A DNA stretch of 64,000 bases from Chloropicon primus (GCA_023205875.1 CP060763.1:620001-684000); one strand, 5' to 3'; positions 11,988-23,100 are shown, counted from the first letter of the stretch. Notes: a model not told the origin generated them from the letters alone. Translations and numbers: made by a program.

Positions 11988-12938
11988 TCAAGCCCTCACG
12001 TACCGCCTCCTTCTTCGCTTCACGGCCTGGTCCCTGGGCTCGATGAGGCCCTTCCTCTGGAGCTTGTTGAACACCGCGTTGGCGACCATGGGCGTGCTCC
12101 TCAGCGTTCGAATGCTGCCGTCGATATCGTCCGTGGTGGCCACCTTGTTCTCCTCGGGCTCGAACCTCTTCCTGCCCAGCCGCGGCGGAAGGTGCTTCTT
12201 CTTCTCCTCCGCCTCCTCCTTCTTTCTCTTGATTCTGCCGCCCCTCTCCCTCTCCTCCTTCCTAATCGCCTTCAAGGTCTTCTTCACGGACACGACGTTC
12301 TGGTTGGACACCTCGTGAGGCTTCTTCAACCGCTTCTCGGCGGCGGATTTTTTGCTGTTCCCCTCCGCGACCGCCAGGCTCCACTCCTGGTTCGCGGACT
12401 CCAGCAGGTTCTTCTGCACCTGCTCCGCGACGACCTCCGCGACGACGTCCTGATGGTCGTCGTAGCGAGGGTTGTACGAACAGCCCGCCGGCTCGATGAC
12501 GGTGCCCGCCCTGAGAGCGGCCTTGCCCGCCTCCTTCTTCCTCCTCGCCGACAAGGCCACCTTCTTCGCGGCGGTGGCGCCACCGCCGCCCCACAAGTCG
12601 TACACTTGGGTCTCTCGCTCCTTCCTCTCCCTCTCGTCCTCCCTCTCCTTGGCTTCCACCACCCTGTCGAGGGACTTTTGGTTCGGCTTGGCGTACAAGG
12701 CCTTCGCCTTCTTCTTGTCGTTGCTTCCGGAGACGGAGTCTCCCTCGCCAGCAGAGCCTCTCCCCCTCCTCCGGGCAGCAGTCTTCGTGGGCTCCTCATC
12801 GATGAAGAAGAGGTCCTCGTTCGGGAGATCCGCGACTTGCTCGTTCGGGGTCTTGTTCTTTATCACCCGGTTCACGTCCTCCTCCAGCCTCTGCTTCCTC
12901 TCCCTCCTCCTCTTCCTCTTCTCCGCTGCGGAGACCAT
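11988..12938 (-). CDS. NOP53: Ribosome biogenesis protein NOP53 (GLTSCR2/PICT1)
   Basis: 'EDLFFID' arch-interacting motif, 'GCSYNPRYDDHQD' and C-terminal 'GSIRTL...LQRKGLIEPR'. Confidence 0.85.
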   Translation of the reverse strand: MVSAAEKRKRRRERKQRLEEDVNRVIKNKTPNEQVADLPNEDLFFIDEEPTKTAARRRGRGSAGEGDSVSGSNDKKKAKALYAKPNQKSLDRVVEAKEREDERERKERETQVYDLWGGGGATAAKKVALSARRKKEAGKAALRAGTVIEPAGCSYNPRYDDHQDVVAEVVAEQVQKNLLESANQEWSLAVAEGNSKKSAAEKRLKKPHEVSNQNVVSVKKTLKAIRKEERERGGRIKRKKEEAEEKKKHLPPRLGRKRFEPEENKVATTDDIDGSIRTLRSTPMVANAVFNKLQRKGLIEPRDQAVKRRRRRYVRA

Positions 12939-13669
12939 TGTTCCTGCCCTGCTCCTCGAACCAAAGCGAAGCTCGCGCGAAGCTCAAAATCTAAACCAGG
13001 GCGGCAAGAAACCGGCCTGAGCAAACCCTTTCGCGAGTCCGACTTTGTCGTTCCAAAGCTTTGTCGTTCCAAACCTCCTTGCGGACAACGAGGAAAGGGG
13101 TGTTGGATGGGCTGCAGACTTTTTCGGGTTCCCCCTCACGTCACGCGGGACCTCAAACCCGTCGAGGAAGGCACCGATCGAAAGCTCGTGAGACGAACTT
13201 TGATCCAGAGGATCTCTCCCTCCGCTCAAACCGCTCACCTCGTCGCCGCACGCGTACGCGTCTCTTCCAACCACGCACGCCACACCTTGAGCGCCGCGTT
13301 CTCTGCAGTGACGGACGACGAGCCATGGCCATCGTTCGGGTGTACGCTACACTATTCTGTACACTTCCTGGTAGCCTCACATTTCCCAAATTCTAATCTA
13401 GCCCCCTCAAGAGGCGTACTTTACTCTCCGCTTGTATTTCAAATGTGAAGTAGTGTGGAAGATTTCCAGTGGCGGCTGGCGGCGTTTGTGTCGGGTTTCT
13501 TTTTTTTGATTCGTGTAGTAAATCCATGTTGGGTGGAGAGAGGAGAGAAAAAGAGAACGGAGAACGAGGAGGAAGAGAAACGAGAAGAGGGAAAGCGGCC
13601 AGACGGAACGAAGAGAGGAGCGACCCCGACGAAGAGGAGGCTACGGTGTGTGTAGTGTTGTAGGACGAG

Positions 13670-14545
13670 ATGCCTTTCGTGAAAGAGATCAAGAACAAGG
13701 CTTACTTCAAGCGCTACCAGGTGAAGCTGAAGCGAAGAAGGAAGGGAAAGACCGACTACAGGCAGCGCAAGGGACTGATCATTCAGGACAAGAACAAGTA
13801 TGCGACCCCAAAGTATCGCTTGGTTGTGAGGTTTTCCAACAAGAACATCACTTGCCAGGTGGTGTACGCGACGCTCACGCATGACGTCGTGATCGCGAGC
13901 GCGTACTCGAACGAGCTCCCAGAGTACGGACTGAACTTTGGGTTGACGAACTACGCTGCTGCGTACTGCACTGGCCTTCTCATCGCGAGGAGGGTTCTCA
14001 CGAAGCTCGGACTCGCTGACGCTTACAAGGGTCTCACCGAGGCCTCCGGCGAGGACTACCTCGTGGAGGAGAACGACGAGGGCCCAAGGCCATTCTTCTG
14101 CCTCCTCGACGTGGGCTTGAAGAGAACCTCCACGGGTTCCAAGGTCTTCGCCGCGCTCAAGGGTGCCTTGGACGGTGGCCTTGACATCCCACACAGCGAG
14201 AAGAGGTACGTGGGATACGACGAGGAGTCCAAGTCCTTGGACGAGGACACCCTCAGGAAATACATCTTCGGAGGCCACGTCGCGGACTACATGGAGAGCA
14301 TGAAGGAGGAGGACTCTGCCGCTTACGCCAAGCACTTCTCCCACTTCATCAAGGAGGGTGCCACCGCCGATAAGCTCGAGGGCATCTACTCCAAGGTCCA
14401 CGCCAACATCAGGGCCAAGCCTGTCGCTGCCAAGAAGGCCAAGAAGGCGCCAAAGTCTGGAAAGAAGTGGAACACCCCGAAGAAGACCTACGAGCAGAGG
14501 AAGACCGACCTCCAGGCCAGGATTGCTGCGCTCAAGGCCCAGTAA
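13670..14545 (+). CDS. RPL5: 60S ribosomal protein L5 (uL18)
   Basis: MPFVKEIKNKAYFKRYQVK...GKTDY...QDKNKY...GLTNYAAAYCTGLL...GALDGGLDIPHS; strongly biased codons; intronless CDS. Confidence 0.98.
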   Translation: MPFVKEIKNKAYFKRYQVKLKRRRKGKTDYRQRKGLIIQDKNKYATPKYRLVVRFSNKNITCQVVYATLTHDVVIASAYSNELPEYGLNFGLTNYAAAYCTGLLIARRVLTKLGLADAYKGLTEASGEDYLVEENDEGPRPFFCLLDVGLKRTSTGSKVFAALKGALDGGLDIPHSEKRYVGYDEESKSLDEDTLRKYIFGGHVADYMESMKEEDSAAYAKHFSHFIKEGATADKLEGIYSKVHANIRAKPVAAKKAKKAPKSGKKWNTPKKTYEQRKTDLQARIAALKAQ

Positions 14546-14898
14546 GGAGACTAAGCCCTATGGGGAAGAGCCCTCCGCCTCGGGTCACCGGATTTGGAGG
14601 CGCGCTCGCCTGCCTGACCTATATTATGGCCGGTGCCACTTTCATCACCCGAGGGTGGTTAGCTTGAGAGTGTCGTCGGGGCGAGAGAGGCTTTTCATCA
14701 AATCTCTGTGCTATAAAAAAAAACTATAAAGGAAACAAAAAACTCACTTAGCTTTTTCCACTGTAATAAGGAAGGATTTCATTACATTTGGAAAACGCAC
14801 ACGCGCCAGGTGTTTACCGCCGCCGTCGTCGTCGCTCGTCGTTTGCAAAACCAACCAAAAAAAAGTCGTCGTCTGTCGGAGCACGCTTCACATTATGC

Positions 14899-16488
14899 TT
14901 AGAGGTAGTACTCAAGAGGCCCCTTGCCCTCATCATCACCCTTGTCGTCGCTGCCTTCGCCCCTCTCGACCTTCTTCTTGGCCCTCCTAGGCTTCCTGAA
15001 GAACCTCTGGATGTTCCTGGAGAACTTCCTGACAATCGGATCAAAGGGCAGCCTTCTGCCCTGTTGGTCCAGCCTCTTGGTCATCGAGTACAGGAAGACT
15101 CCGGTGATGGCCAGCATGGTTCCCGCCACGTTCTTCGAGCTGACGGGGTTCTTGAAAATGAAAATGCTGGCGGCGATCACGATCACCCTCTTCAGGCAGT
15201 TTCCGACCGAGTGGGTCACTGGCGTGACCTGCGCGAGGATGGCGTAAGACACCAGGACGTCGGCAAACCTGCACAAGCCGGCGAGGAAGGACCACCAAAG
15301 GAGCTGCCCGATCGGCTTGGACGCCACAGCCGAGACGCCTTGGGCCCCCGCGGCGGCCGCCAGTCTGTTGAAGTCGAGGAAGTAGGCGCAGGGGAACATC
15401 AGCACACACGCCGTGATGGTGATGCAGGCAAAGAGGTTCACCTGGTCCAAGACGTCCGTCGACATGCCTCCCTCCTGACTCTCGTAGGCCTTGGTCGTCA
15501 TGTACTGCTTGGAGAGCACGTTCCTCAGCTGGAAGGAGAAGTTCGAGCCGAGGGCGAAGATCAGGCCGCCCCAAGTGAAGGAGGCCTCCGTGAAGGAGGC
15601 CACCATGACTCCGGACACTATGGGGACCAGCGCCAGCATGCTGATGAGCGAGGGGATCGACCCGAGGATCAAGGCCGAGAAGATCGCGGTGAAAAAGGGC
15701 TCCAAGGCCTTGATCGTGTGCGTGAAGCTCACCGCGACGGAGCCCAAGCTGGCGTTTGTGAAGGCGAAGCCCAAGAGGTGCAGGGCCCCCAAGGGCAGCA
15801 CCGCGACGATGGTTGAGGCCCTCACCTGCGGAGCTTTCTTCAGCCTCGTGCCCCAGATCACCGCCATGCAGAGCGAGCCGACAGCCAAGTGGATCAGCGT
15901 GCACACCCCCGGGTAAGGAAAGGCGTTCAATACCCGCTTATTGAACACGTTGAAGTACACGTTCGACACGTACCACGAGAGGAAGAGGGCGCCGAGGCCC
16001 AGGGTCTTCAGCTTGATGCCAAAGGGGAGCGCAAAGTCCTTCAGGGATCTCTTGTCCACGGTCTTGACCCTAACCCTCGCAATGTCAGCCCCTCTGAATT
16101 GCCTCTTCCTCCTCGAGAAGCCGCTCCCCGCTGGCTCCGCTCCTGCTCCTCCGTTGTTGTCACTCGCTCCGTTGTTGCCGGTCGCCCCCGCCCCCTGCCT
16201 CGCCGCCTCGAGCTCCGCTCTCCCCCTGCTCTCCTCCTCGACCCCTTCCACCTTCCTCAGGTCGCCGGACTGGCCCGAGCACCACACCCTCGCCTCCCTC
16301 GCCCGCCCCGCACACCCCGTCGCCCGGACATCCAAACCCACGACGAGAGTATGGTGGCTTCCTTGTTTGTCCGCCGTCCGTCTCCTCCGCACCTGTCCCA
16401 ACGTCCCCCTCGACCTCACTCTCGTGGGCAAGGGCGTGACCAGGGCACTCGACTGAAACGTCCTCCCTCTCCTCGCCGCGACCTCCAT
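14899..16488 (-). CDS. Plastid phosphate translocator family (TPT/GPT/PPT-like)
   Basis: Long transit-peptide-like N-terminus; 'YFNVFNKRVLNAFPYP', 'VAVSFTHTIKALEPFF', 'PVTHSVGNCLKRVIVI'. Confidence 0.9.
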   Translation of the reverse strand: MEVAARRGRTFQSSALVTPLPTRVRSRGTLGQVRRRRTADKQGSHHTLVVGLDVRATGCAGRAREARVWCSGQSGDLRKVEGVEEESRGRAELEAARQGAGATGNNGASDNNGGAGAEPAGSGFSRRKRQFRGADIARVRVKTVDKRSLKDFALPFGIKLKTLGLGALFLSWYVSNVYFNVFNKRVLNAFPYPGVCTLIHLAVGSLCMAVIWGTRLKKAPQVRASTIVAVLPLGALHLLGFAFTNASLGSVAVSFTHTIKALEPFFTAIFSALILGSIPSLISMLALVPIVSGVMVASFTEASFTWGGLIFALGSNFSFQLRNVLSKQYMTTKAYESQEGGMSTDVLDQVNLFACITITACVLMFPCAYFLDFNRLAAAAGAQGVSAVASKPIGQLLWWSFLAGLCRFADVLVSYAILAQVTPVTHSVGNCLKRVIVIAASIFIFKNPVSSKNVAGTMLAITGVFLYSMTKRLDQQGRRLPFDPIVRKFSRNIQRFFRKPRRAKKKVERGEGSDDKGDDEGKGPLEYYL

Positions 16489-16794
16489 GCTCCTCGTCTT
16501 CTCTTACGGACTTTGACTCCTCCCTCCTCTCGCCGCCGTCAAGAGGAAGACTTTTCCTATGAGATCCCTCCCACCCACCGCTGACGCTGGATCGTCTAAA
16601 GCGGGAGCGGGAGCTGAGGGGGATGATGATGACGGGGGTCAAAGCAATGCAAGGCCAAAGCCTGTCCCTTTGAGGCCGGGTGATGGATGCACTCGGGTGA
16701 TCCACTCGCGATGCAAAGGTATGGATCTATATTAATGGTAATCATAGGACGCCTTGGTCCATCATTCATTATCACATGCCTTCTATTGCCAGTG

Positions 16795-19536
16795 TCAATA
16801 AAAGAGCCTGGCGACGAGGCCCTCCTCGACCTGGGTCAGGAGCTCCAAATCCAAAGGCGTGAAGAAGAAGGGGAGAACGAACATGCGGAACGGAATGAGA
16901 GCAACAAGCACGAGGGGGAAGAGCATGGCTACGCTGAAGGGGAGCTCATCCAGTTCCGCAGAATAAAAGTTGTCGTGAACCAGCCATAGCACCAAGAAGC
17001 AAAGCACTTGGATCGCCGTGAACCTGAGGACCACGCCGAAGCGCACAAAGCGGACGTAGTGGTTCGGGGGGTACATCAGGGGATCTGTCACGAGCAAGAG
17101 GACGCGCTGAAACATGTCGTTGTCTCTCATGCTCTCGATCCCCATGTACAGCAAGTAGCCGAACGCCACGCCAACCGGGATCTGGGCGATCCAGTGATCG
17201 GCCCAGCCAACAATCGCGAGCATCGCGAGGTGGCTCACGAGACCTGGCCAACGGCACTCGCGCGACTTGAGGATGTTCCCCTCCCCGTCCGTGTCCGCCA
17301 GGACGATCGCGTTCATGGGCGAGTGGGGGAGGCTCACCATGCACCAGGGCAAACCAAGGAGGGAGCAGCCGACCACGAGCAGGCCCGACAGCACGAGGTC
17401 GTGGTGCATGCAAGGCAGTCCCTTTCTCAGCTTCAACTCCGGTCTGCACGTCAGCAAGGCCCCCACGTTGCTTTCGATCATGAAAAGGAGGGCAACGAGA
17501 AATCCCGGAATCGCGCAGAACAAGGCTTGGTTCCACTGGATGGAGACCGGAAGCAAGCTTAGCTGGCTGAATGTACCGCCGGTCTCTCCCATCGGGACGC
17601 GGGCAACAGGGTCCCTGCCAGGAACCGCGAAGCTGAACCCGGTCATCACCAGAAAGGAGATCGCCGGCGCGAGGTCTGTGATCAATGATCTGATTATCTT
17701 GCGTGCGAACCTGGAGCCATTCGCACGAGCAAAAAACGTCGAGAGCCCGAACGTGCCCACGAACAGTGTCACGTAGGAGAGATCGTAGGCCTCCCCTATC
17801 TGAATCGCCAGATCTTCGATGGCCGAGACGATGAAAACCATAGAGACCATCATCGCCAACACCTCTTCCGTGAAGCGGCCGCAAAATTTCATCAGCACGG
17901 AGGCCTCGAACAACCCTCCTATCACCAGGAAAAAACCGAGCCACAGCCCAGTCCAAACGTAAAAGAGTAAGAACGGAAGTTCTATCGAGCCGCGGTACAA
18001 GATTTTGATGTATGAGAGGAGGGGTCCAGTCGAACGGTAAACCCCTAGGGAGAGAGACCCGGACAACGCATAGATGATGCCACAGCAACTCTCCGCGATC
18101 AGCATCTGCTTGACCCCAATTTGGCCGTCAGTCACCTCCTCGTACACCAGGCCGATGGAAATAGCGGGCGCAAGCGTCGAAAAGAGTTGCCAGAAAGTGC
18201 CACTGACAATCTTGAACCAATCGTTTACGGTCGATCGTACCACCCACTCCTTGCGGTAGTGGCGGGATAGTCTGACGATGTCGTTGACAGCGCCAAGACA
18301 ACGTCCGCTGAAAACTAGAGATGATTCTTTTGCCCTCATCTTCTGCCGCTCGATTTCCCTCTCGGTCTTCGGAACGCGAGGGCAGCAAGAACGACGGCGG
18401 CGCGTCTCTGGGGCCTCCCTGCCAAAGGTTACGCTGGTCTGCTGAATTTCCTGGCCCAATGTGAGCTTCCTGGTGCTCTCCTCTTTCTCTCTCTTCGTTT
18501 GTCTCCGGTTCAGCCACTTCTCCTTCTTCGATTTGGTGACGGCCACGTAGAGGAGAACGCTCGCCAAGAGGTCCTCGGCACACGAGGACTCGACCAACCT
18601 TCCGAGCAGCACGTCACTCGAAAGCATGGTCGCGAATGTGTGGGCAGTCGAAAGGTGATTCGCGGTGGAGGCACAGCTTGCGCTGCAGACCACGAGAACC
18701 ACGACGTGAACTTTTTGGCCCGTTGTGCCCCAAACCGATCCCTGCTTCAGCTTGATCAAAACGGCAGCACGCCGGATGGGGCCTGTGGGGACGAGGTTCG
18801 CAGCCCTGTCTTCTAGGCTCAGAACCATGAAACCCCTCCCGTGCAGGACATCGCATCGAAATATGGACGACGAACTCTTCTTGCTGCACCCCTTCTCCAG
18901 AATAATAGCTCCTTCCAGAGAATCGATTAGCCCTTGCGTGTAAGCATCCCCGTCGGTGCATCTCAGGGCCCTCGCGCTCCTGTCCTCGCTGTCGAGGACT
19001 GCCACATCATAGATCGCGGCAGTCTTGACCACCTCAGCAAATCGCTTCACCAAGCCCTCGGCCGTGTCCTCTCTGACGTTGTGAAGGACGTGCGCGAAAA
19101 GTTTCTGGCTCCCCGGCACCACCTTTCGAGCCCTGCCCTGCCCCTGGCCCTCCTCCTCGTCCCCCTCCGCGTTGTTGGCTTCCAGTCCGGTGCATTGACC
19201 CAGCGCGAGGAGGTCTTCCTCGGCCTGAATCTCGAGGGCCACGTTCTTCAGGTGCAGCTTCTCCCCCTTGAAGTGAAGGATGCTGAGGTCCTTCTCCAGC
19301 ACCTTGGGGCTCTGCCGCAGAAGGATCGCGTCCTGGGTCCTTCGCCATCTCAGAGTAGAATGCAGGCTCGAGCTGAAAGACGTGCTCCGTCCGTATGCAT
19401 CCAGCTCATCGAGCGAAAAGTCCTTGACGGATTGGCCGCCGTGAGTTTCCTGCTCGCTTTCGCTGCTGCTGCTGCTCGAGACAAAACCTTCCGCGAGAAA
19501 CGATCCGAGAGAAACCTCCTCCTCCTCCTCTCTCAT
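16795..19536 (-). CDS. SLC4-family anion (bicarbonate/borate) transporter with N-terminal cytoplasmic domain
   Basis: HCO3 co-transporter motifs 'LAPAISIG', 'STGP', 'RFTEEV', 'LPHSPM', 'ECRWPG', 'YLLYMGI', 'YPPNHYVR', 'MLFPLVLVALIPFR'; about 400-aa soluble N-terminal region. Confidence 0.9.
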   Translation of the reverse strand: MREEEEEVSLGSFLAEGFVSSSSSSESEQETHGGQSVKDFSLDELDAYGRSTSFSSSLHSTLRWRRTQDAILLRQSPKVLEKDLSILHFKGEKLHLKNVALEIQAEEDLLALGQCTGLEANNAEGDEEEGQGQGRARKVVPGSQKLFAHVLHNVREDTAEGLVKRFAEVVKTAAIYDVAVLDSEDRSARALRCTDGDAYTQGLIDSLEGAIILEKGCSKKSSSSIFRCDVLHGRGFMVLSLEDRAANLVPTGPIRRAAVLIKLKQGSVWGTTGQKVHVVVLVVCSASCASTANHLSTAHTFATMLSSDVLLGRLVESSCAEDLLASVLLYVAVTKSKKEKWLNRRQTKREKEESTRKLTLGQEIQQTSVTFGREAPETRRRRSCCPRVPKTEREIERQKMRAKESSLVFSGRCLGAVNDIVRLSRHYRKEWVVRSTVNDWFKIVSGTFWQLFSTLAPAISIGLVYEEVTDGQIGVKQMLIAESCCGIIYALSGSLSLGVYRSTGPLLSYIKILYRGSIELPFLLFYVWTGLWLGFFLVIGGLFEASVLMKFCGRFTEEVLAMMVSMVFIVSAIEDLAIQIGEAYDLSYVTLFVGTFGLSTFFARANGSRFARKIIRSLITDLAPAISFLVMTGFSFAVPGRDPVARVPMGETGGTFSQLSLLPVSIQWNQALFCAIPGFLVALLFMIESNVGALLTCRPELKLRKGLPCMHHDLVLSGLLVVGCSLLGLPWCMVSLPHSPMNAIVLADTDGEGNILKSRECRWPGLVSHLAMLAIVGWADHWIAQIPVGVAFGYLLYMGIESMRDNDMFQRVLLLVTDPLMYPPNHYVRFVRFGVVLRFTAIQVLCFLVLWLVHDNFYSAELDELPFSVAMLFPLVLVALIPFRMFVLPFFFTPLDLELLTQVEEGLVARLFY

Positions 19537-19742
19537 GATGGCCCCTTTTCTGTAACGCCCCCCCCGGCCTCCTCACCCCAAGCTAAAAAAAGGAGCGCAT
19601 CAACCACCCGAAGCGCCAAACCCCGTCGAGTGAGGGCACCAATCGAAAGCCCGCGAGTTCCCCTTTCGCTTTCTCTGCGTTCACTCGTTCCCTTCCCTCC
19701 ACTTTGTCATTCTACCTCCCCCCCTCCTGCGCTCCACGCCCT

Positions 19743-19744
<2 letters not shown>

Positions 19745-19779
<35 letters not shown>
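19745..19779. repeat. (CT)n microsatellite in the SLC4/TOR divergent intergenic region
   Basis: Direct tctctc run. Confidence 0.95.
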
Positions 19780-19782
<3 letters not shown>

Positions 19783-19874
19783 AGGTAAAGACGGAAAGGG
19801 TGGCGCGCGATCGATCGGCGATCGATCAGTAGAGGAGGAGAGGAGGAGGGGGGGAGGAGGAAGGGGCGGGGGAG

Positions 19875-20092
19875 ATGTACGCCGCTTATGGAGGAAAGGT
19901 TGACACCCTCGCGACCTTGCTAGGGGAGCTCTGCAAGGTGGACGAGGGGTATGAGGAGGAAGGAAGCGGAAGGAGTTTGGGTTCCGGAAACTCGGGTGGT
20001 TTTGGGACTTCATGGTTTCGGGGACTCTCACCAAGAAAGCGGAGCACGGCGGCGACGCAGAAAGGTAAGCCAGTCTTCGTCTCTCGGTGTGC

Positions 20093-20132
<40 letters not shown>

Positions 20133-23100
20133 CTCGCACGCGCTTTGCCTTGCTGACTCCCCTCCGCCTGTCTTTGCTCTTTCCTAGTGCTCAAACTGAT
20201 TGACGAGGAGGACGAGCTCGAGGAAGAGCTCGCGTACCTCAACAGCGGGAGCTCCTTGGACCAGATAGGGTCAGATGCGGTGGGGAGAGGCGGAAGCTTC
20301 GGGAGCTTGAGCGGCAGGGGGCCTGGGACCCCAGGGAGCCCGCTCCCGCTTCGGCTGAGGAGCACCACCTCCGAGGCGTCGAGCGATGATACCTCGGAGT
20401 TCCTGTCGAGGAGCCACAGGGAGTACAGGCACAAGAGACAGAAACAGTCCTTGTTCACGCAGTCCCAGCAGGCTCTGCACGACTACGTGGGATCGGAGGC
20501 GAGGGAGTTGGGTGGAGCTGCGTTCACTCGTTTCATGAATGACCTTTACACACGAGTTTTCCACTTGGTGAATAGCGCAGAGCCCACGGAGAGGCTCGGG
20601 GGGGTGAGGGCGATAGACGCCCTCATCGACGTGTCTTTGCTGGGAGAGAATGCGACAAAGATATCTCGTTTTGCGAACTACCTTCGAGATATTTTCCAGC
20701 CCTCTACCGACGCCATCACCCTCGCCGCGGCCGCGAAGGCCCTGGGGCACCTGGTGCACTCGGGCGGACCCGTGACTGCGGACGTGGTCGAGTTTGAGGT
20801 CAAGAGAGCCCTGGAGTGGCTTCAGGGCGAGAGGGTGGAGTACAAGAGGCTCGCAGCGGTTCTGATATTGAAGGAGCTGGCGAAGAACTCGCCCACCGTC
20901 TTTAACGTCCACGTCGCCGTGTTCATCAGAAGCATCTGGGCAGGTCTGAGAGACCCCAAGCTCAGTGTGAGGAGGGCAGCCATCGCGGCCCTCAGGGCGT
21001 GCCTCGTCGTGGTGGAGAAGAGAGAGACGAGGTACAGGGTGAAGTGGTACTACGAGCTCTTTGAGGAGACCAAGCGGGGGGCAAGAAAAGGAAGCTCGGG
21101 GGCTGACTCGGTTCATGGATCCTTGCTGGTGATCGGCGAGCTCTTGAGGCACACGGGCGAGTTCATGCTTGCCAGGTACAGGGAAGTCGTGGAGATGGTC
21201 CTGCAGTACAGAGACTCCAGGGAGAAGATCATCCGGAGCTCCGTGGTGACCCTCCTTCCAAGAATCGCTTCTTTTGCTCCAGAGAGGTTTGCGCAAAGCT
21301 ACCTTGAGGAGGCCATGACTTCGCTTCTCAATGCCCTCAAGCTGTCCAATGACAGGCCTGCCGCTTTTGTTGCCATTGGTCAGATGGCCCAGGCTCTAGG
21401 CCACGCGAGCTTCCACGCGACAAAGGAGATGGAAGGGCACCTGCCCAGCATTTCGTCCTCGGTCAGGGAAGTCCTCGTGATCAAGAAGGGGAAGAAAATC
21501 TGCGTGGAAGCAATTGAGTGCGTGGGGGCGCTCGCCCAAGGCCTTGGGCCCCGGTGGAAGCCCTACTGCATCTCTCTGATGGACACCATATTCCAGACCG
21601 GTATGTCAAGTCAGCTGGTGAGCGCGCTGGAGAAGATAGCCCAGTCGCTTCCAGAGCTGCTGCCGGAGGTGAGAGACAGGCTCCTGCAGAAAATCACACA
21701 AATATTGTACAGAAAGGAGACACAGTCGCGCAGCCAAGGTGCCGAGCCCACCTGCTTGGCCCTGAGAACACTGGGAATATTCGACTTTGGGGAAACATCT
21801 TTGCTTGAGTTTGTCAAGAGTACCGTGCTATCGTTCCTTGACGATCCTATCGTCAACGTGCGCCAAGAGGCGGCTTTGACCTGTTGCGATCTGCTCGAGG
21901 GGCACCTGATCAAGGGCTACCAAGAAAGGAATGGGGTGCTCAAAAAGTACTATCATATAAACAGAGTATCGCATAGCACGCTCGAAGTGATTTTGGGGAA
22001 ACTGCTGATGGTGGCCATCACTGATATCGATCCATCAGTGCGGACAACGGTCCTTATGCGCTTCAAAGACACCTCCACCTTTGACAAGCTCCTATCTCAG
22101 GCTGACATGCTGCAGGCATCTTTCAATGCTTTGAATGACGAAGCCTTTTCTGTGAGGGAAATTGCGATAGAGCTTGTGGGGAGGCTGGCTAGCATGAACC
22201 CAGCATACGTTCTCCCGGCATTGAGACGACTTCTTCTTCAACTATTGACTGACCTGGAGTACAGTGCCGATAGCAAGCACAAGGAGGATAGTGCAAGGCT
22301 GCTTGGAAACCTCATCGATGCGGCCCCCCGACTTGTTCTGCCGTACGTCTCGCCTGTTCTGAAGTCTCTCGTGAACAAGCTGAAGCCCACGCCCCGGCAG
22401 GGGATGGGTGCCATCACAGGAAGCGGTGAAACAGGTGTCGCGATTGCTGTTCTGAGCACCATCGGAAAGCTTGCCCTTGTTGGAGGCAACGTGATGAGGT
22501 CGCACGTTCCTCAGCTTTTGCCGCTTTTGATTGGATCCCTCCAGGACAGCAGCTCTGCAGCGAGGCGGGATGTGGCCGTCTCGACGATGGGGGATCTCAT
22601 TGAGAGCACAGGGTATGTGGTGTCCCCTTACACGGATTACCCCCAGCTTCTGGGAGTCTTGCTGAAGCTTCTGAATGAATCCTCCTTTGCAACAAGGCAC
22701 AAACTTATTAAGCTTTTGGGCATCTTGGGTTCCTTTGACCCCCACGAATATAAGGTAAGCCAAAGCGTTGCTGCAACGGAGAAAGCCAGGGCCCCTGAGA
22801 ACGGTAGAGTGAAAGGATTTGGGGACAATGGCAATGCTGCGGGCCTTTATCAACTCGACGTGCATGACTCAATTCCTTCGTTTGGGCTTGTCACTAGCTC
22901 TGATGAATACTACCCGACCGTGGCAATCAATGTCCTGATGCAGGTGTTGCATGACGGGTCAATGAAAAGCCACCACCTCATGGTGATAAGGTCTCTGATG
23001 TTCATATTCCAAGCGCTTGGCATCAAGTGCGTCCAGTACCTGCCAAAGGTCATGACCGTGCTGTTTCACGTGGCGAAGAACTGTGACGAGAGCCTTAGGC

